Of a stretch of 64,000 nt of DNA, positions 27,286 through 37,808 are shown piece by piece. The translations under genes and the position numbers were made by a program. Within the stretch, counting starts at the first letter, position 1. Each line of letters opens with the position of its first letter. The stretch is taken from positions 44,251 to 108,250 of the forward strand of contig JBKJIT010000001.1 of NCBI GenBank assembly GCA_046598345.1. The letters are read 5' to 3'. Under the pieces are notes generated by a model. That model saw nothing but the letters and a program-made list of their open reading frames with translations, ran no database searches and was not told the origin of the DNA. The DNA is from Minisyncoccia bacterium. Lineage in GTDB: Bacteria; Patescibacteriota; Minisyncoccia; Phycocordibacterales; UBA918.

Positions 27286-28212
27286 CTAATCGAAAAGGGA
27301 AATAAGGTAACTATCTATTTCTCGTTGGTCAATGTCATAAAAAGATTTACCCGAGCTGTGGAGTTCTTTTGCTAATTCCGTTCCCACGAATCTCCAATGC
27401 CATGGTTCGAACATATAGTATGCGTTTCCTTTAGGGTAGGAGAGGATAAATCCATACTTATGAGCATTCCCCTGAAGCCATGTATATCCAGGTGTGTTCT
27501 CAAATCCGTTAATTCCACCCCCCAAGCCCTCAGTGGTTAGGTCCAGGGTCGTTCCAAGCTGGTGCTCGGAGTAGCCTTGATCGGCAGAAAACGTGTTTGC
27601 ACCAGAACCATAGGCAACAGTGTAGGCACCCTTTAAGTATTTTTGTTCGTCAAATGAGCGGTATGCAGAGGTAACCCATATTTTAATGTCGTCTTCGAGC
27701 GCATCCTTGAGCATATCGGTGAGGAAGGGAGCGACCTGAGCGTGTATAAATTTTGGAGTAGCTTCACTGTAGAGATAGGTGACGGGAATTGCAGTAAGCT
27801 TGGCGGGAACATAATTTTCATTGAGGAAATACACCTTTGAGTATTTTTGAAGGAGTTCAGGGTCAGTTTTTGCAAGTTTATCTAGGGTACCGACCGTTGA
27901 GCCAATTTTTTCAATCTGCTCTTCGAACTCTTCGTTACGATTCTTTTCTCGTCGTAAATCTCGCGACAGGTCGTTATTTTCATCGAGTTGATCCTCGAGC
28001 ATCGTCATTGTTTCGGTGAGCACTCCTTCAAGTGTGAGTATACGGGCGGTGGTGGTGGCGATTTCAGCTTCTTTTTCAGTAATAGTGGTCCGCAGGCTCA
28101 CTTCGCTCGCTCGTGTCGCTTCCCCCCGCTTTTCAAGCGTGTACCAGAAGTACCCATTTCCCACAATTGAGATACCAAGAAGGATAATAAGAACGAACTC
28201 GCGAAGCTTCAT
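27286..28212 (-). CDS. VanY-like D-alanyl-D-alanine carboxypeptidase (peptidase M15B), membrane-anchored
   Basis: SAYRSFDEQ...SEHQLGTTLDL...EPWHWRF signature; TM helix near the N-terminus. Start taken at the Met at 28212. Confidence 0.7.
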   Translation of the reverse strand: MKLREFVLIILLGISIVGNGYFWYTLEKRGEATRASEVSLRTTITEKEAEIATTTARILTLEGVLTETMTMLEDQLDENNDLSRDLRREKNRNEEFEEQIEKIGSTVGTLDKLAKTDPELLQKYSKVYFLNENYVPAKLTAIPVTYLYSEATPKFIHAQVAPFLTDMLKDALEDDIKIWVTSAYRSFDEQKYLKGAYTVAYGSGANTFSADQGYSEHQLGTTLDLTTEGLGGGINGFENTPGYTWLQGNAHKYGFILSYPKGNAYYMFEPWHWRFVGTELAKELHSSGKSFYDIDQREIDSYLISLFD

Positions 28213-28341
28213 AGGTTTGTTTCGATTGTAACATACAGGAACCCTGCGGAGTATATTGGGGAGTATCAGGCGCTCCATTTGAAAACCTTCAAAATATATG
28301 GTACGGTGTGCCAACACTTATTAAGGGTTAACGAGACAATA

Positions 28342-28890
28342 ATGTCAGATACAACAATGCCAGCGACCGAGGCACTCGAAGCAAAAAGCTACGAATATGC
28401 CTTCCACATACTTCCAACGGTTGCTGAAGGGGAAGTACCCAGCGTCTTTGCAGAGATCAAAGCGCTTATTACCAAACTAGGCGGTGAAATAATGACCGAG
28501 GAAGCTCCTGAGCGAGTTGATCTCGTCTATGACATCGTCAAATCAATCGAAGCTAAGAATCGCCGCTTCAAGAGCGCGTATTTTGGCTGGATCCGGTTTA
28601 CGCTCCCAGTCGAGAAGATTGAAGAGCTTACTGAGGATCTTCGCGGGGTACCACAAATTCTTCGCGACCTCATGATTAAACTCACGAAGATCGAAGAAGC
28701 GCGACCATTCCGCTTCCACGAAAACAGAAAGTCACTTAAAATGGTAGAAGTTATTGACGAAGGAGAAGCAGTGATCGGAGAAGTACACACGGAAGTAGAG
28801 AAGAGTAGTGAAGTATCCGAGGAAGCCCTCACAGAATCACTTGAAAAGATTACAAAAGAAGAGACTGCGGAAGAGACCAAAAGCGCGTAG
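28342..28890 (+). CDS. rpsF: 30S ribosomal protein S6 with an acidic C-terminal extension
   Basis: YEYAFHILPTV... S6-like core, located directly upstream of ssb-rpsR. Confidence 0.7.
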   Translation: MSDTTMPATEALEAKSYEYAFHILPTVAEGEVPSVFAEIKALITKLGGEIMTEEAPERVDLVYDIVKSIEAKNRRFKSAYFGWIRFTLPVEKIEELTEDLRGVPQILRDLMIKLTKIEEARPFRFHENRKSLKMVEVIDEGEAVIGEVHTEVEKSSEVSEEALTESLEKITKEETAEETKSA

Positions 28891-28913
28891 TTATAAACTT
28901 TAGGAAACCACAT

Positions 28914-29360
28914 ATGTACCTTAACAAAGCAATGATTTACGGAAATCTCACACGAGACCCCGAAATGAAGGCGCTCCCAAGCGGTATACAAGTTGCTTCA
29001 TTTTCCCTCGCCACGAATCGTGTCTACAATGACCGGGATGGAAAACGACAGGAGCAAGTTGATTACCACAATATCGTTTTTTTTGGTAAACAAGCAGAAA
29101 CAATATCTAAGTATCTTAAAAAAGGTAGTGGAGTATATGTTGAGGGGCGTATGCAGACTCGGAGTTGGGACAAAGACGGTGTGAAGCAGTATCGAACCGA
29201 AATCATTGGTGACAGGTTCCAGTTTGGTCCTCGTACTGATGGAGGAGGGGGAGGTGCACCTCTTGGACAGAGTACTGCACCAGCGGGAGCAGCGCCGGCG
29301 CAGAATAATGTGCCGGAGTATCCAGAAGAAGACATCAACCCAGAAGACATCCCATTTTAA
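28914..29360 (+). CDS. ssb: Single-stranded DNA-binding protein
   Basis: OB fold, Gly-rich linker, acidic tail ending DIPF. Confidence 0.9.
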   Translation: MYLNKAMIYGNLTRDPEMKALPSGIQVASFSLATNRVYNDRDGKRQEQVDYHNIVFFGKQAETISKYLKKGSGVYVEGRMQTRSWDKDGVKQYRTEIIGDRFQFGPRTDGGGGGAPLGQSTAPAGAAPAQNNVPEYPEEDINPEDIPF

Positions 29361-29512
29361 AGTCAAAATTGCGCGTCTACATTGTCAGGCCGCGATAATT
29401 TGAGACTCGTCGTATGTTGAATACGCCTCATCTCAAATTTCTTGCCTTCCGCGTAATCGCACTAATTTTGAGCTTTAAAATCATAGGGAAAACTTGCAAT
29501 CTATAAAATATA

Positions 29513-29746
29513 TTGAAATTAAAATTAATTGCTATGATAGAAAAAAAAGAAAAGAACGAAAAAAGTACTGAGAACGTTGAACATCTTGATTACAAGGACG
29601 TACTCCGCATCAAGGCCCACTTGAATCCCCATGCACGTATGCTGAATCGTCGTCGCACTGGCCTCGCAGCCCGCGAACAGCGCGACTTCGCACGAGCAGT
29701 GAAGCGCGCGCGCTTCATGGCACTTGTGCCGTACATCTCGCACTAG
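29513..29746 (+). CDS. rpsR: 30S ribosomal protein S18
   Basis: RRRTGL...REQR...AVKRARFMALVPY. Confidence 0.85.
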   Translation: MKLKLIAMIEKKEKNEKSTENVEHLDYKDVLRIKAHLNPHARMLNRRRTGLAAREQRDFARAVKRARFMALVPYISH

Positions 29747-29750
29747 AAGT

Positions 29751-29784
29751 AAAACACCCGCGGCCGAAGGCCGCGGGTGTTTTA
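29751..29784 (+). terminator. Rho-independent terminator after rpsR
   Basis: aaaacacccgcggcc-gaa-ggccgcgggtgtttt. Confidence 0.7.
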
Positions 29785-30413
29785 CTATAAGAAACCCCGC
29801 ACATAGTGCGGGGGACGGCAGAAGGAGTTAACCATTAGCCTAAAAGTTTGTTGGTACGAACTGGTTATTCGTGGCTGGCTTTAAACCCGCGCCTACGATT
29901 TTAGCGAAAAAAATCACCGGATTAAATTCACCCACTTTCCACCGCGAATTGCACCGTGTGCCTCCTACTGGACACCGGCTGTTACGCACCATGCGCGCAC
30001 ACTTACTGTGTCCAGGAAAACGATTGCACTGCATACGCATGCTCTTCTCCTTCTGTAAGAACAAAAGAAGCCCTCCGGGATGAAGGGCTTCTTGGTAGTT
30101 AATGTATGTTGAGTAGATTACGCACAAAGAAGACCTCCATCGGAATGGTTCTTGACCAGGAAGGTAATCGTATACATGTGCGCTGTTGGCATACTTTTAG
30201 AATATCAGAGGTAAAATTTTCGTCAATTTAAACTCGTTAATTACATTCTGGACAATCCTACGGTAATTCTTTAAAGCCCTCGTCACATCTAAAGTTTTTT
30301 GAGAACCCTCATATACAAGGCGCTGAGGAGTGGTTGCTGGAGACGTATTCAATATACGGTGACAGTTACCACGACGAAAGCAACGCAGTAGATGAGGGAG
30401 TATCAAAAATACT

Positions 30414-30989
30414 TTAAGCTTTCTCCGCGCGATCGGTATACTCTCCAAGCTCAGTATTAACCCGAATGATGTCGCCTTCATTAATGAACATTGGCACTTG
30501 AATGGTCACACCAGTTTCAAGTGTAACTTCCTTTGTAGCACTTGAAGAGGTATTACCTCGGACAGCAGGATCTGCCTGTTTAACTCGGAGCTCTACTTTA
30601 ATAGGAATTTTGATGCCAATAATTCGCTCATCATATACGACAGCTTCAACCTCGCTTTTAGGTTTTAGGTATCTAATCGCGTCACCCACAACATCTTCTG
30701 AAAGCGTAAAACGTTCACTGGGCTTACCTTTGTATGCAAACCAGTATTCGCCACGATTTTCATAAATGTACTCGACTTCACGAGTCTCAATGTCAGCTTC
30801 ATCAGCAACCTCGCTTGAATGAAATGTTTGTTCAACGGTACGTCCAGACACTAAACTCTTTAGCTTTGTGTTATTGACGGGCTTTCGTTTCTGTTTTCGG
30901 AACACATGGGAGGCAACAACGATACACGGCTCGTTATTCCAAATGATGACCTTTTTGAGGGTGATTTCGTTGTATGCAAGGACTGCCAT
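30414..30989 (-). CDS. efp: Elongation factor P
   Basis: Typical EF-P three-domain sequence (KPGKG-equivalent loop region, KVxxxRVNxELGEYxxR). Confidence 0.9.
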   Translation of the reverse strand: MAVLAYNEITLKKVIIWNNEPCIVVASHVFRKQKRKPVNNTKLKSLVSGRTVEQTFHSSEVADEADIETREVEYIYENRGEYWFAYKGKPSERFTLSEDVVGDAIRYLKPKSEVEAVVYDERIIGIKIPIKVELRVKQADPAVRGNTSSSATKEVTLETGVTIQVPMFINEGDIIRVNTELGEYTDRAEKA

Positions 30990-31255
30990 AACTTTTTTAG
31001 TGAAAGATAGTGTGACACGTACGTCTACACAGTTACATTATTAATTCTTTAATTTAGCCAAGTAGAATAGCATGGAATGCATTTCTAAGCTTCAGATACG
31101 CGGCGTCAAGGAGCGAAAACAGGATGCGTATGCGTATACGATGACTGTGTAAGTGACGCAGATAACAAAGTAGATGGAGTTTAGAAATGCGTTCGGGCAA
31201 CTTTTTTAGTGTATACTAGGTACAATAGAGGGGAACCGGAGAATAGTAACAGTAT

Positions 31256-31849
31256 ATGTTTGGGCTTTCAACCACCGATAGCGTACGCGAACTTTCAGAT
31301 GAGGTCATTCTTGCGCGAGCTCAAGCTGAACCGTGGCTCTTCACGGCTCTTCTCGAACGGTACCAAAATGCGTTCCTCCGTAAGGCTAAATCAATTATTT
31401 TTAATGAACTCGACGCTGAGGAAGTGGTGCAGGATGCATTTACAAAGATTTACATGAACGCACACCGCTTTGAGGTTCGTGAAGGTGCAAAATTTTCTTC
31501 ATGGGCGTATACCATTCTCATTAATACTGCGCTCACACGCTATCAGAAGTGCGTGAAAGAAGGGAAGCGTACACTCCTTCTCGAACCAGAACTCTTCGAA
31601 CGTTTCGGAGAAATGAAGGACCACAGTGCGTTTGAGGAAGATCGGGACGCTATCGAACGAATTCTTGCAAAGCTTCCAGGACATTTTGCAAAAGTGCTTC
31701 GTCTTCATTATCTGGAGCATTGGTCACACAAGGACATTGCCGACGAGACAGGGGAGACCGTAGGAGCGATTAAAGCACGTATTCACCGCGCAAAAGAACA
31801 GTTTCGGCAAGAGGTAGGCGAAGCATCGGGAGGCGCGTCACTTTTATAG
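31256..31849 (+). CDS. ECF-type sigma-70 family RNA polymerase sigma factor
   Basis: Region 2 (VVQDAFTKIY...FSSWAYTILIN) and region 4 HTH (VLRLHYLEHWSHKDIADETGETVGAIKARIHRA). Confidence 0.75.
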   Translation: MFGLSTTDSVRELSDEVILARAQAEPWLFTALLERYQNAFLRKAKSIIFNELDAEEVVQDAFTKIYMNAHRFEVREGAKFSSWAYTILINTALTRYQKCVKEGKRTLLLEPELFERFGEMKDHSAFEEDRDAIERILAKLPGHFAKVLRLHYLEHWSHKDIADETGETVGAIKARIHRAKEQFRQEVGEASGGASLL

Positions 31850-31892
31850 CATTCGTCAAGTTACAGTATATTCAAGTACTAATATCACATGT

Positions 31893-32216
31893 ATGAGAAA
31901 CAATAAATTACAAACACAGATTATGCGACGCGTGTACTACGCTTACGCACTTAATATTGTCGGGACGCCTGGGATTCTCCAGGGGTTTGGGATGCTCGCG
32001 ATGCTTATCGCGCTCACTTACTTCGTTTCGATTGGCAATGTGCTCGCAAATATGATGCAGATGAGTATCGCCCAACTCGGTACGTTTTTATACAATGCAG
32101 TTACCAATACTGAGGCGTGGACACTCCTTCTTATCGGTGGAATGATTTTTTCTCTCCTCTCATTTCGATTTAAAATTGGAAGTTTTCGCTCGGGTACTAA
32201 GTGGGCGAAGGTCTAG
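31893..32216 (+). CDS. Small membrane protein downstream of the ECF sigma (possible anti-sigma-like partner)
   Basis: Two to three TM helices; position only. Confidence 0.3.
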   Translation: MRNNKLQTQIMRRVYYAYALNIVGTPGILQGFGMLAMLIALTYFVSIGNVLANMMQMSIAQLGTFLYNAVTNTEAWTLLLIGGMIFSLLSFRFKIGSFRSGTKWAKV

Positions 32217-32223
32217 TGAATTA

Positions 32224-32262
32224 AAAAACCCCGGTTGATTTTGTCTACCGGGGATTTTTTTA
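32224..32262. terminator. Bidirectional terminator (shared with recA)
   Basis: aaaaaaccccgg-ttgattttgtcta-ccggggattttttt. Confidence 0.6.
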
Positions 32263-32273
32263 ATTCACTTCGT

Positions 32274-33350
32274 TTATTCAGTTTCCTTAAGTGCCTTTCG
32301 AATGTGTTTGAGGAGTTCACCCTGAAGCTTCTTATCCTCACGAAGCATCGTTCTTGAGGCGTCGTAGCCACGTCCAAGTTTCACTTCTGCACTGTCGTCA
32401 CCACCAGGGGGAAGGTAACTGTAGGACGAGCCTGACTTCTTCACAAACCCGTATTTTTCGCCAAGGGCCAAGAGCTCACCTTCTCGACTAATCCCCTCAT
32501 TGTAAATGAGATCAAACTCAGTTGCTTTAAACGGTGCCGCTACCTTGTTTTTCACTACTTTGACGCGGTGCCGCCCACCTACCACCTCTTCACCTTTCTT
32601 AATCTGAGCAATACGTCGTATATCAAGTCGAACCGATGTATAAAACTTGAGTGCCTTTCCTCCAGGAGTTGTTTCTGGATTTCCAAACATGACACCAATC
32701 TGCATACGAATTTGATTGATGAAAATTATGACCGTTTTCGATTTTGCTGCAATTGAGGTCAGCTTGCGAAGCGCCTGACTCATGAGCCTTGCCTGCTTTC
32801 CAACGTGGTGTGCACCCATTTCACCCTCGATTTCATCCTTTGGTGTAAGTGCAGCAACGGAATCGATCACAATGATATCAATCTTCCCCGAACGGACGAG
32901 AGATTCCACTATCTCAAGTGCCTGTTCTCCGGTATCGGGTTGCGAAATAAGCAGTTCGTCAAGCTTAACCCCGAGATTCTTGGCGTATTCTGGATCCATT
33001 GAGTGTTCAGCATCAATGAATGCGCAGATACCTCCCATTTTCTGCGCTTCCGCAACAGCATGGAGGGATAGGGTGGTCTTACCCGATGACTCTGGTCCAA
33101 ATATCTCAATAATACGGCCTCGTGGGAAACCGCCGATGCCGAGTGCATCATCGAGCCCAATAGACCCTGTGGGAATAACATCAACGTTTACACGACGTGA
33201 TTCTCCAAGCGTCATGATCGCTTCCTCACCAAACTTTGTCTTAATGCTGCGCAGTGTTTCAGCGATATCGCTCATGTCACTCTTGGTACCTTCCTCACGC
33301 GGTGCTCCTGTGGTCTTTGGTGCTACTTTTTCTTTCTTTTTAAGAGGCAT
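32274..33350 (-). CDS. recA: Recombinase RecA
   Basis: Walker [11 protein letters not shown]1/L2 loops, highly conserved throughout. Confidence 0.95.
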   Translation of the reverse strand: MPLKKKEKVAPKTTGAPREEGTKSDMSDIAETLRSIKTKFGEEAIMTLGESRRVNVDVIPTGSIGLDDALGIGGFPRGRIIEIFGPESSGKTTLSLHAVAEAQKMGGICAFIDAEHSMDPEYAKNLGVKLDELLISQPDTGEQALEIVESLVRSGKIDIIVIDSVAALTPKDEIEGEMGAHHVGKQARLMSQALRKLTSIAAKSKTVIIFINQIRMQIGVMFGNPETTPGGKALKFYTSVRLDIRRIAQIKKGEEVVGGRHRVKVVKNKVAAPFKATEFDLIYNEGISREGELLALGEKYGFVKKSGSSYSYLPPGGDDSAEVKLGRGYDASRTMLREDKKLQGELLKHIRKALKETE

Positions 33351-33590
33351 ACTTAGAATGCTTAGATTTCGTTAGAAGGGACTGAGTTAAGAAATCTTGG
33401 TCGACGGAATGTGCTTTGCGAATGTCTCACAAACACAATTTAGGTTGTATGATATTTTTCAAAAATATCGATATCCTTTTGGGAAATTGTTTTTGCAATT
33501 TCTCCATTTCATTCCCACGAACGAAATCTATTTTAGCTCCTTCTCAAAAATGTACTTATAAATAATCCCAACAATTATACACCATCTCCC

Positions 33591-33962
33591 TTATGTGGCC
33601 GGAACGTATACGAACTGTCGTTGTAGAGACTCAGTGCGCCCATACCTGTCCGCAGCGCGAAGCGTCATGATGGTATAGCCACTTTCGAGTACAAGGCGCT
33701 CAGAAAATACACCCGCTTCGTCGGTGTGGATTTCCCGACCGTTTAAAGTGAGCGAAACAATGTTTCTCGTCTCTCCTTCAAGAAGTACCATTTGATTTGT
33801 CTGGATGCTCTGTGGTTCATTTACAAGCTGAATAACGGGTCCTCCAATCAGATTTCGCGCTTGAAAAAGTACATACCCGATAATAAATACGCTAAGAATG
33901 GCAAGGAATATAAATTTAAGTATATGTCGAAGCGCAATAGGGGAAGTATTAATTGGTTCCAT
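33591..33962 (-). CDS. Membrane-anchored hypothetical protein immediately downstream of ftsK
   Basis: TM helix followed by a beta-rich roughly 90-aa domain; start assumed at the Met overlapping the ftsK stop. Confidence 0.35.
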   Translation of the reverse strand: MEPINTSPIALRHILKFIFLAILSVFIIGYVLFQARNLIGGPVIQLVNEPQSIQTNQMVLLEGETRNIVSLTLNGREIHTDEAGVFSERLVLESGYTIMTLRAADRYGRTESLQRQFVYVPAT

Positions 33963-33963
33963 G

Positions 33964-36171
33964 TTACATTCCTGATTCTTCGGAGCCACCCTCTATGAGT
34001 ACTGTGCGTGGCTTTGAGCCATTTTCAGGACCTACAATACCTCGCTCTTCAAGCGTATCAATAAGTTTTGCAGCGCGTGAGTACCCAATTCCGAGTTTGC
34101 GCTGTAGGAATGAAGTTGAAGCTTTTTTTGTCTCAATTACAATTTGTTTTGCCTCTTCGTACAACTCATCCCCGTCCTCGTCATCCTCAATGGAGGAGCT
34201 AAAAAACGCCTCAGCAGAGCCATTTTTTTCAGTCTCGGTATCAAATGATATAGAGCTGAGTTCCTGTGCTGAGCTCTGGTTTTTAAGGTAATCTACCACC
34301 TGCCCGATTTCTTCAGTTGATACAAAAGCGGATTGGAGGCGCATTGGTTTTGGACTTTCAGCGGAAAGGAAGAGTAGGTCTCCTTGGCCAAGGAGTTTTT
34401 CAGCCCCCGCTTGGTCGATAATGGTTCGTGAGTCAATTTGAGAAGCGACCTGGAATGCAAGACGCGTCGGTACGTTTGCTTTAATGAGTCCTGTAATAAC
34501 GTTTACCGATGGTCGCTGGGTTGAAAGAATAAGGTGAATACCAACAGCTCGGCTTTTCTGTGCGAGACGTACGATACATGACTCAAGCTCCTTTGGATAC
34601 GACGACATAAGGTCAGCAAGCTCGTCCATAATAATCACAATATAGGGAAGAGGTTCAGGTAAATTAAGCCGCTCTTCTTCTGGGGAGCCTTTCTTTTCAA
34701 ATGCAGTGCGCGCCGGGTGATAGACATTTTCGTGATAGGCAGCAATGTTCTGTATCTTCTCGCCCTGAAGGATATCAAGGCGCCGTTCCATTTCCTTAAT
34801 GGCATGTTTGAGTGCAAGAATGACGCGCTTCGGCTCAGTGATTACAGGTGTAAGTAAATGGGGAATGCCGTTGTAGAGAGTTAGCTCTACTCGTTTCGGG
34901 TCAACCATGATAAATCGAAGCTGATCTGGGGAGTTACGGAACAGAAGCGAAATTATGACATTGTGGAGGGCGACAGACTTTCCTGAGCCAGTTGTACCAG
35001 CAATAAGGCCGTGCGGCATACGTGCCACATCTGCAAAATGAGCCTCCCCTGTAATATTCTTTCCCAGGGCAGTCAAAAGCGGCTTTGGCGAGTCCGTGAA
35101 ATTAGGGGAAGCAAAAAGCGATGCAAGTCCAACTGTTTGTTTCCGCTTATTTGGAATTTCGATACCTACGAGGGATCGTCCTGGAATAGGCGCTTCAATA
35201 CGAATTGGGGAAGCGGCGAGCGCATACTCGAGCGTAGTATGGAGCCCAATGATTTTTTCGAGCTTCACCCCTTCTGCTGGCTTGATGGCATAGCGAGTGA
35301 CCGATGAGCCAATGGTCACTTCATCCATTTCAACGTCGATATTGAACTTCTTAAGGGTGCGCTTAATAGTGTTTGAATTTTCCTTCACATCTCCAACGTC
35401 TGGCTTGCCTTTATCTTTGTGGAGAAGAGAAAGTGGTGGGGGAGCATAGGTGCCTCTGAAGCTCGAAACAAGAAACTCCGAGGAATCTATCTTCCCGAGG
35501 CCCATGCGTTGCCCCAGAGTTTTCTTCGGCAGCCCCTCGTCCACAGCAGGTGTTTCTGACTCCGTTGTTTCATTGAGCTCCACAGATGATGCTGAGAGGA
35601 TAGGTTCAACTTCAGGAAGTAATTCTTCTTCTGCGGGTTTTCGCTTGAAGAGTGCAATAAAGTTGGTATTAAAAGTAAGAAAAAGCCCAATGAGAACAAA
35701 GGAAGTTAAAATGACACCAGAAACGACCTCTCCAAAAAGCCATGAAAGAGGGAGTAGCATCACGTTTCCAATGAAACCCCCTTCAGTAATAAGGAGAGAC
35801 AAAAGACCAAGGAGAGAGATAAAGAAAAGGGTGATCCCAAGCACTTTTGAAATACTTACTTTTTCGTCATCTCTTGGTTTAAGAAAGATATATACAAAGA
35901 GAAGGCATATGAATGGTGGAAGAAACGATCCAACTCCAAATAGATACGTAAGTGCTACGTTAGTGAGCTCCCCGGCTCTTCCAGCAGTATTAAAAAGGGA
36001 AAGGGTAAAAAAAATGGAAAATACTACGAATATAACCGCCCCTATTGCTTGCTTAGTGTGAGGGGAAAGATCATCAAAAAAACTCCGTTTTTCTTCAATT
36101 TTTTTTCGTCGTTTTGGCATGCCAGTTTTTCTTGGAGCAAGCGACTTAGAAAAACTAGGCCGTCGACACAT
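33964..36171 (-). CDS. ftsK: DNA translocase FtsK/SpoIIIE
   Basis: N-terminal TM helices, linker, motor domain with Walker A (GTTGSGKSV) and the C-terminal gamma winged helix. Confidence 0.9.
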   Translation of the reverse strand: MCRRPSFSKSLAPRKTGMPKRRKKIEEKRSFFDDLSPHTKQAIGAVIFVVFSIFFTLSLFNTAGRAGELTNVALTYLFGVGSFLPPFICLLFVYIFLKPRDDEKVSISKVLGITLFFISLLGLLSLLITEGGFIGNVMLLPLSWLFGEVVSGVILTSFVLIGLFLTFNTNFIALFKRKPAEEELLPEVEPILSASSVELNETTESETPAVDEGLPKKTLGQRMGLGKIDSSEFLVSSFRGTYAPPPLSLLHKDKGKPDVGDVKENSNTIKRTLKKFNIDVEMDEVTIGSSVTRYAIKPAEGVKLEKIIGLHTTLEYALAASPIRIEAPIPGRSLVGIEIPNKRKQTVGLASLFASPNFTDSPKPLLTALGKNITGEAHFADVARMPHGLIAGTTGSGKSVALHNVIISLLFRNSPDQLRFIMVDPKRVELTLYNGIPHLLTPVITEPKRVILALKHAIKEMERRLDILQGEKIQNIAAYHENVYHPARTAFEKKGSPEEERLNLPEPLPYIVIIMDELADLMSSYPKELESCIVRLAQKSRAVGIHLILSTQRPSVNVITGLIKANVPTRLAFQVASQIDSRTIIDQAGAEKLLGQGDLLFLSAESPKPMRLQSAFVSTEEIGQVVDYLKNQSSAQELSSISFDTETEKNGSAEAFFSSSIEDDEDGDELYEEAKQIVIETKKASTSFLQRKLGIGYSRAAKLIDTLEERGIVGPENGSKPRTVLIEGGSEESGM

Positions 36172-36425
36172 CGCTTTTCTAATGCTCTGTTTCTCCGAAA
36201 GCGCTCCAAATCGCAGTCATCAGTTACTTTTTACTTCTAATGTTACCTAAGCATCATAGCACGCACACATCTTAAAACTGAGTGAATAAAACACAAAATG
36301 AGGCAATGAGGATGCCTCAGTGCATAACGCAAAAAGACTTCAAGTCAAGGACATTTAGTGCTACACTACGTAATAAAAGACGCAATCAGACATATAAATC
36401 TTAAAGGTCAAACTACATAATACAT

Positions 36426-37106
36426 ATGGAAACACAATTAGGGACATTTAAGGACATCAGTCTTGCAAATAATACTGAATATTATAAACATGTTTTTAAA
36501 AAGACAGAAAAAATTCTTGGTGCGGTTTTTTATACTTTTAGGTCAAATTATACAATAGATCATAACGATGTCCTTATAAAACAAATCGAAGAGCAGTCTC
36601 AAAAGGTCACTCGAGTTCTTTTTGATTCACTCCGAGCTAAGGAAACAGATACAGAGTTTCATAGTAGAGAAATGGCATTTACACTCATAGAACTGGAAAC
36701 TACTCTTAGGTTCGCATATTATGGCAAACTGTTAAGCGGCGAACTACTTACGGTTTTTATGCAAGAGATTGATACTGTGCAGAGGACTCTAAGGACACTT
36801 ACTAACCACGACACATCAAATCCTTTTTCTACGGCAGCACATACGTTAGAGGGAACTGTTTCAGCTCGAGAAGCAAAAGAGAGACGAGTAGCTGAGAGAA
36901 AGCCCGGAGTATCTCTTGGAATATCTAGGACAAGTCGGATAGTAGCAATCTTGAAGGACAAGGGGTCTGCCTCTATAAAGGACATTACTGAGATGATCAC
37001 GGACGTAAGCGAAAAGACAATACAAAGAGAGTTAAATGTTTTGATAAAGGACAATGTAATACGCCGAGAAGGTGAGCGTAGGTGGAGTAAGTATATCCCA
37101 CTGTAG
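36426..37106 (+). CDS. Hypothetical protein with a C-terminal DeoR-like winged HTH, encoded in an AT-rich island
   Basis: RIVAILKDKGSASIKDITEMITDVSEKTIQRELNVLIKDNVIRREG resembles an HTH; the N-terminal 150 aa are unknown. Confidence 0.4.
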   Translation: METQLGTFKDISLANNTEYYKHVFKKTEKILGAVFYTFRSNYTIDHNDVLIKQIEEQSQKVTRVLFDSLRAKETDTEFHSREMAFTLIELETTLRFAYYGKLLSGELLTVFMQEIDTVQRTLRTLTNHDTSNPFSTAAHTLEGTVSAREAKERRVAERKPGVSLGISRTSRIVAILKDKGSASIKDITEMITDVSEKTIQRELNVLIKDNVIRREGERRWSKYIPL

Positions 37107-37808
37107 TTGTTGTGTCCTATTAAATATGGGACACACTTTTTTATATACACTAATTAAAGACTTTTATAGAACTGTGACCCCTGTCTTCAAAAGAATCATC
37201 CACTACTTAATGAATAACCAGTGAAAATTAGGAGCTGAAAGGGTGTAAGAAGTGTTTATATGAAGCGTCATAAAAAGCAGAGGAGGGCTTATTTTTGTTG
37301 ACTTTATGTCTTCATGAACGTATGCTCTCAGGCATCTTGGGGACTTGGATTTAGGCCTAAAAGCTTGGTGTATAAACACATATCCACATCTCTTTGAGCA
37401 ACAGTTCAGTAAATTATTTGTATACTGGACATTGTGCGTCTTAGCGCGCTCTTTTTTAACAAGGAGAGAACGTCAGGACTTGTTCTTTGAAAAATCGAAG
37501 TTTCGTCACATACCTATAATGTGTATGAGCGCGGCTTTGAGTTTGGTAGAGTTGTCTACTGAATCTTATATACGTTTAGAACGTACTTAATAGAGTACAA
37601 AAATACAGCATGACCTTGTTCTGTTATGGTAGATAATTCTGAGTCTCAGTTACATTTTCGTAGCTAAACCGTATATATGGGGTGTCGACCCGTTAACATA
37701 TATACGGGCTTAGTGATATGCGTGAGCAGTTCTTCGACGGACTGTTCGCGAATAAGAATTAATTCTTATTATTAGTTTTAGAAGTAATTACTACAAGTAA
37801 TACAGTTT

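Noticed and set aside
29787-30413. tmRNA or RNase P RNA assignment for the rpsR-efp gap
   Set aside because: I could not find the tmRNA tRNA-like ends (GGGG...UUCGA...CCA), a tag ORF ending in Ala-Ala, or the RNase P P4 strands. It is left as an unassigned candidate, not called.
32782-33375. 197-aa plus-strand ORF
   Set aside because: Antisense to recA.
35450-36061. 203-aa plus-strand ORF
   Set aside because: Antisense to ftsK.
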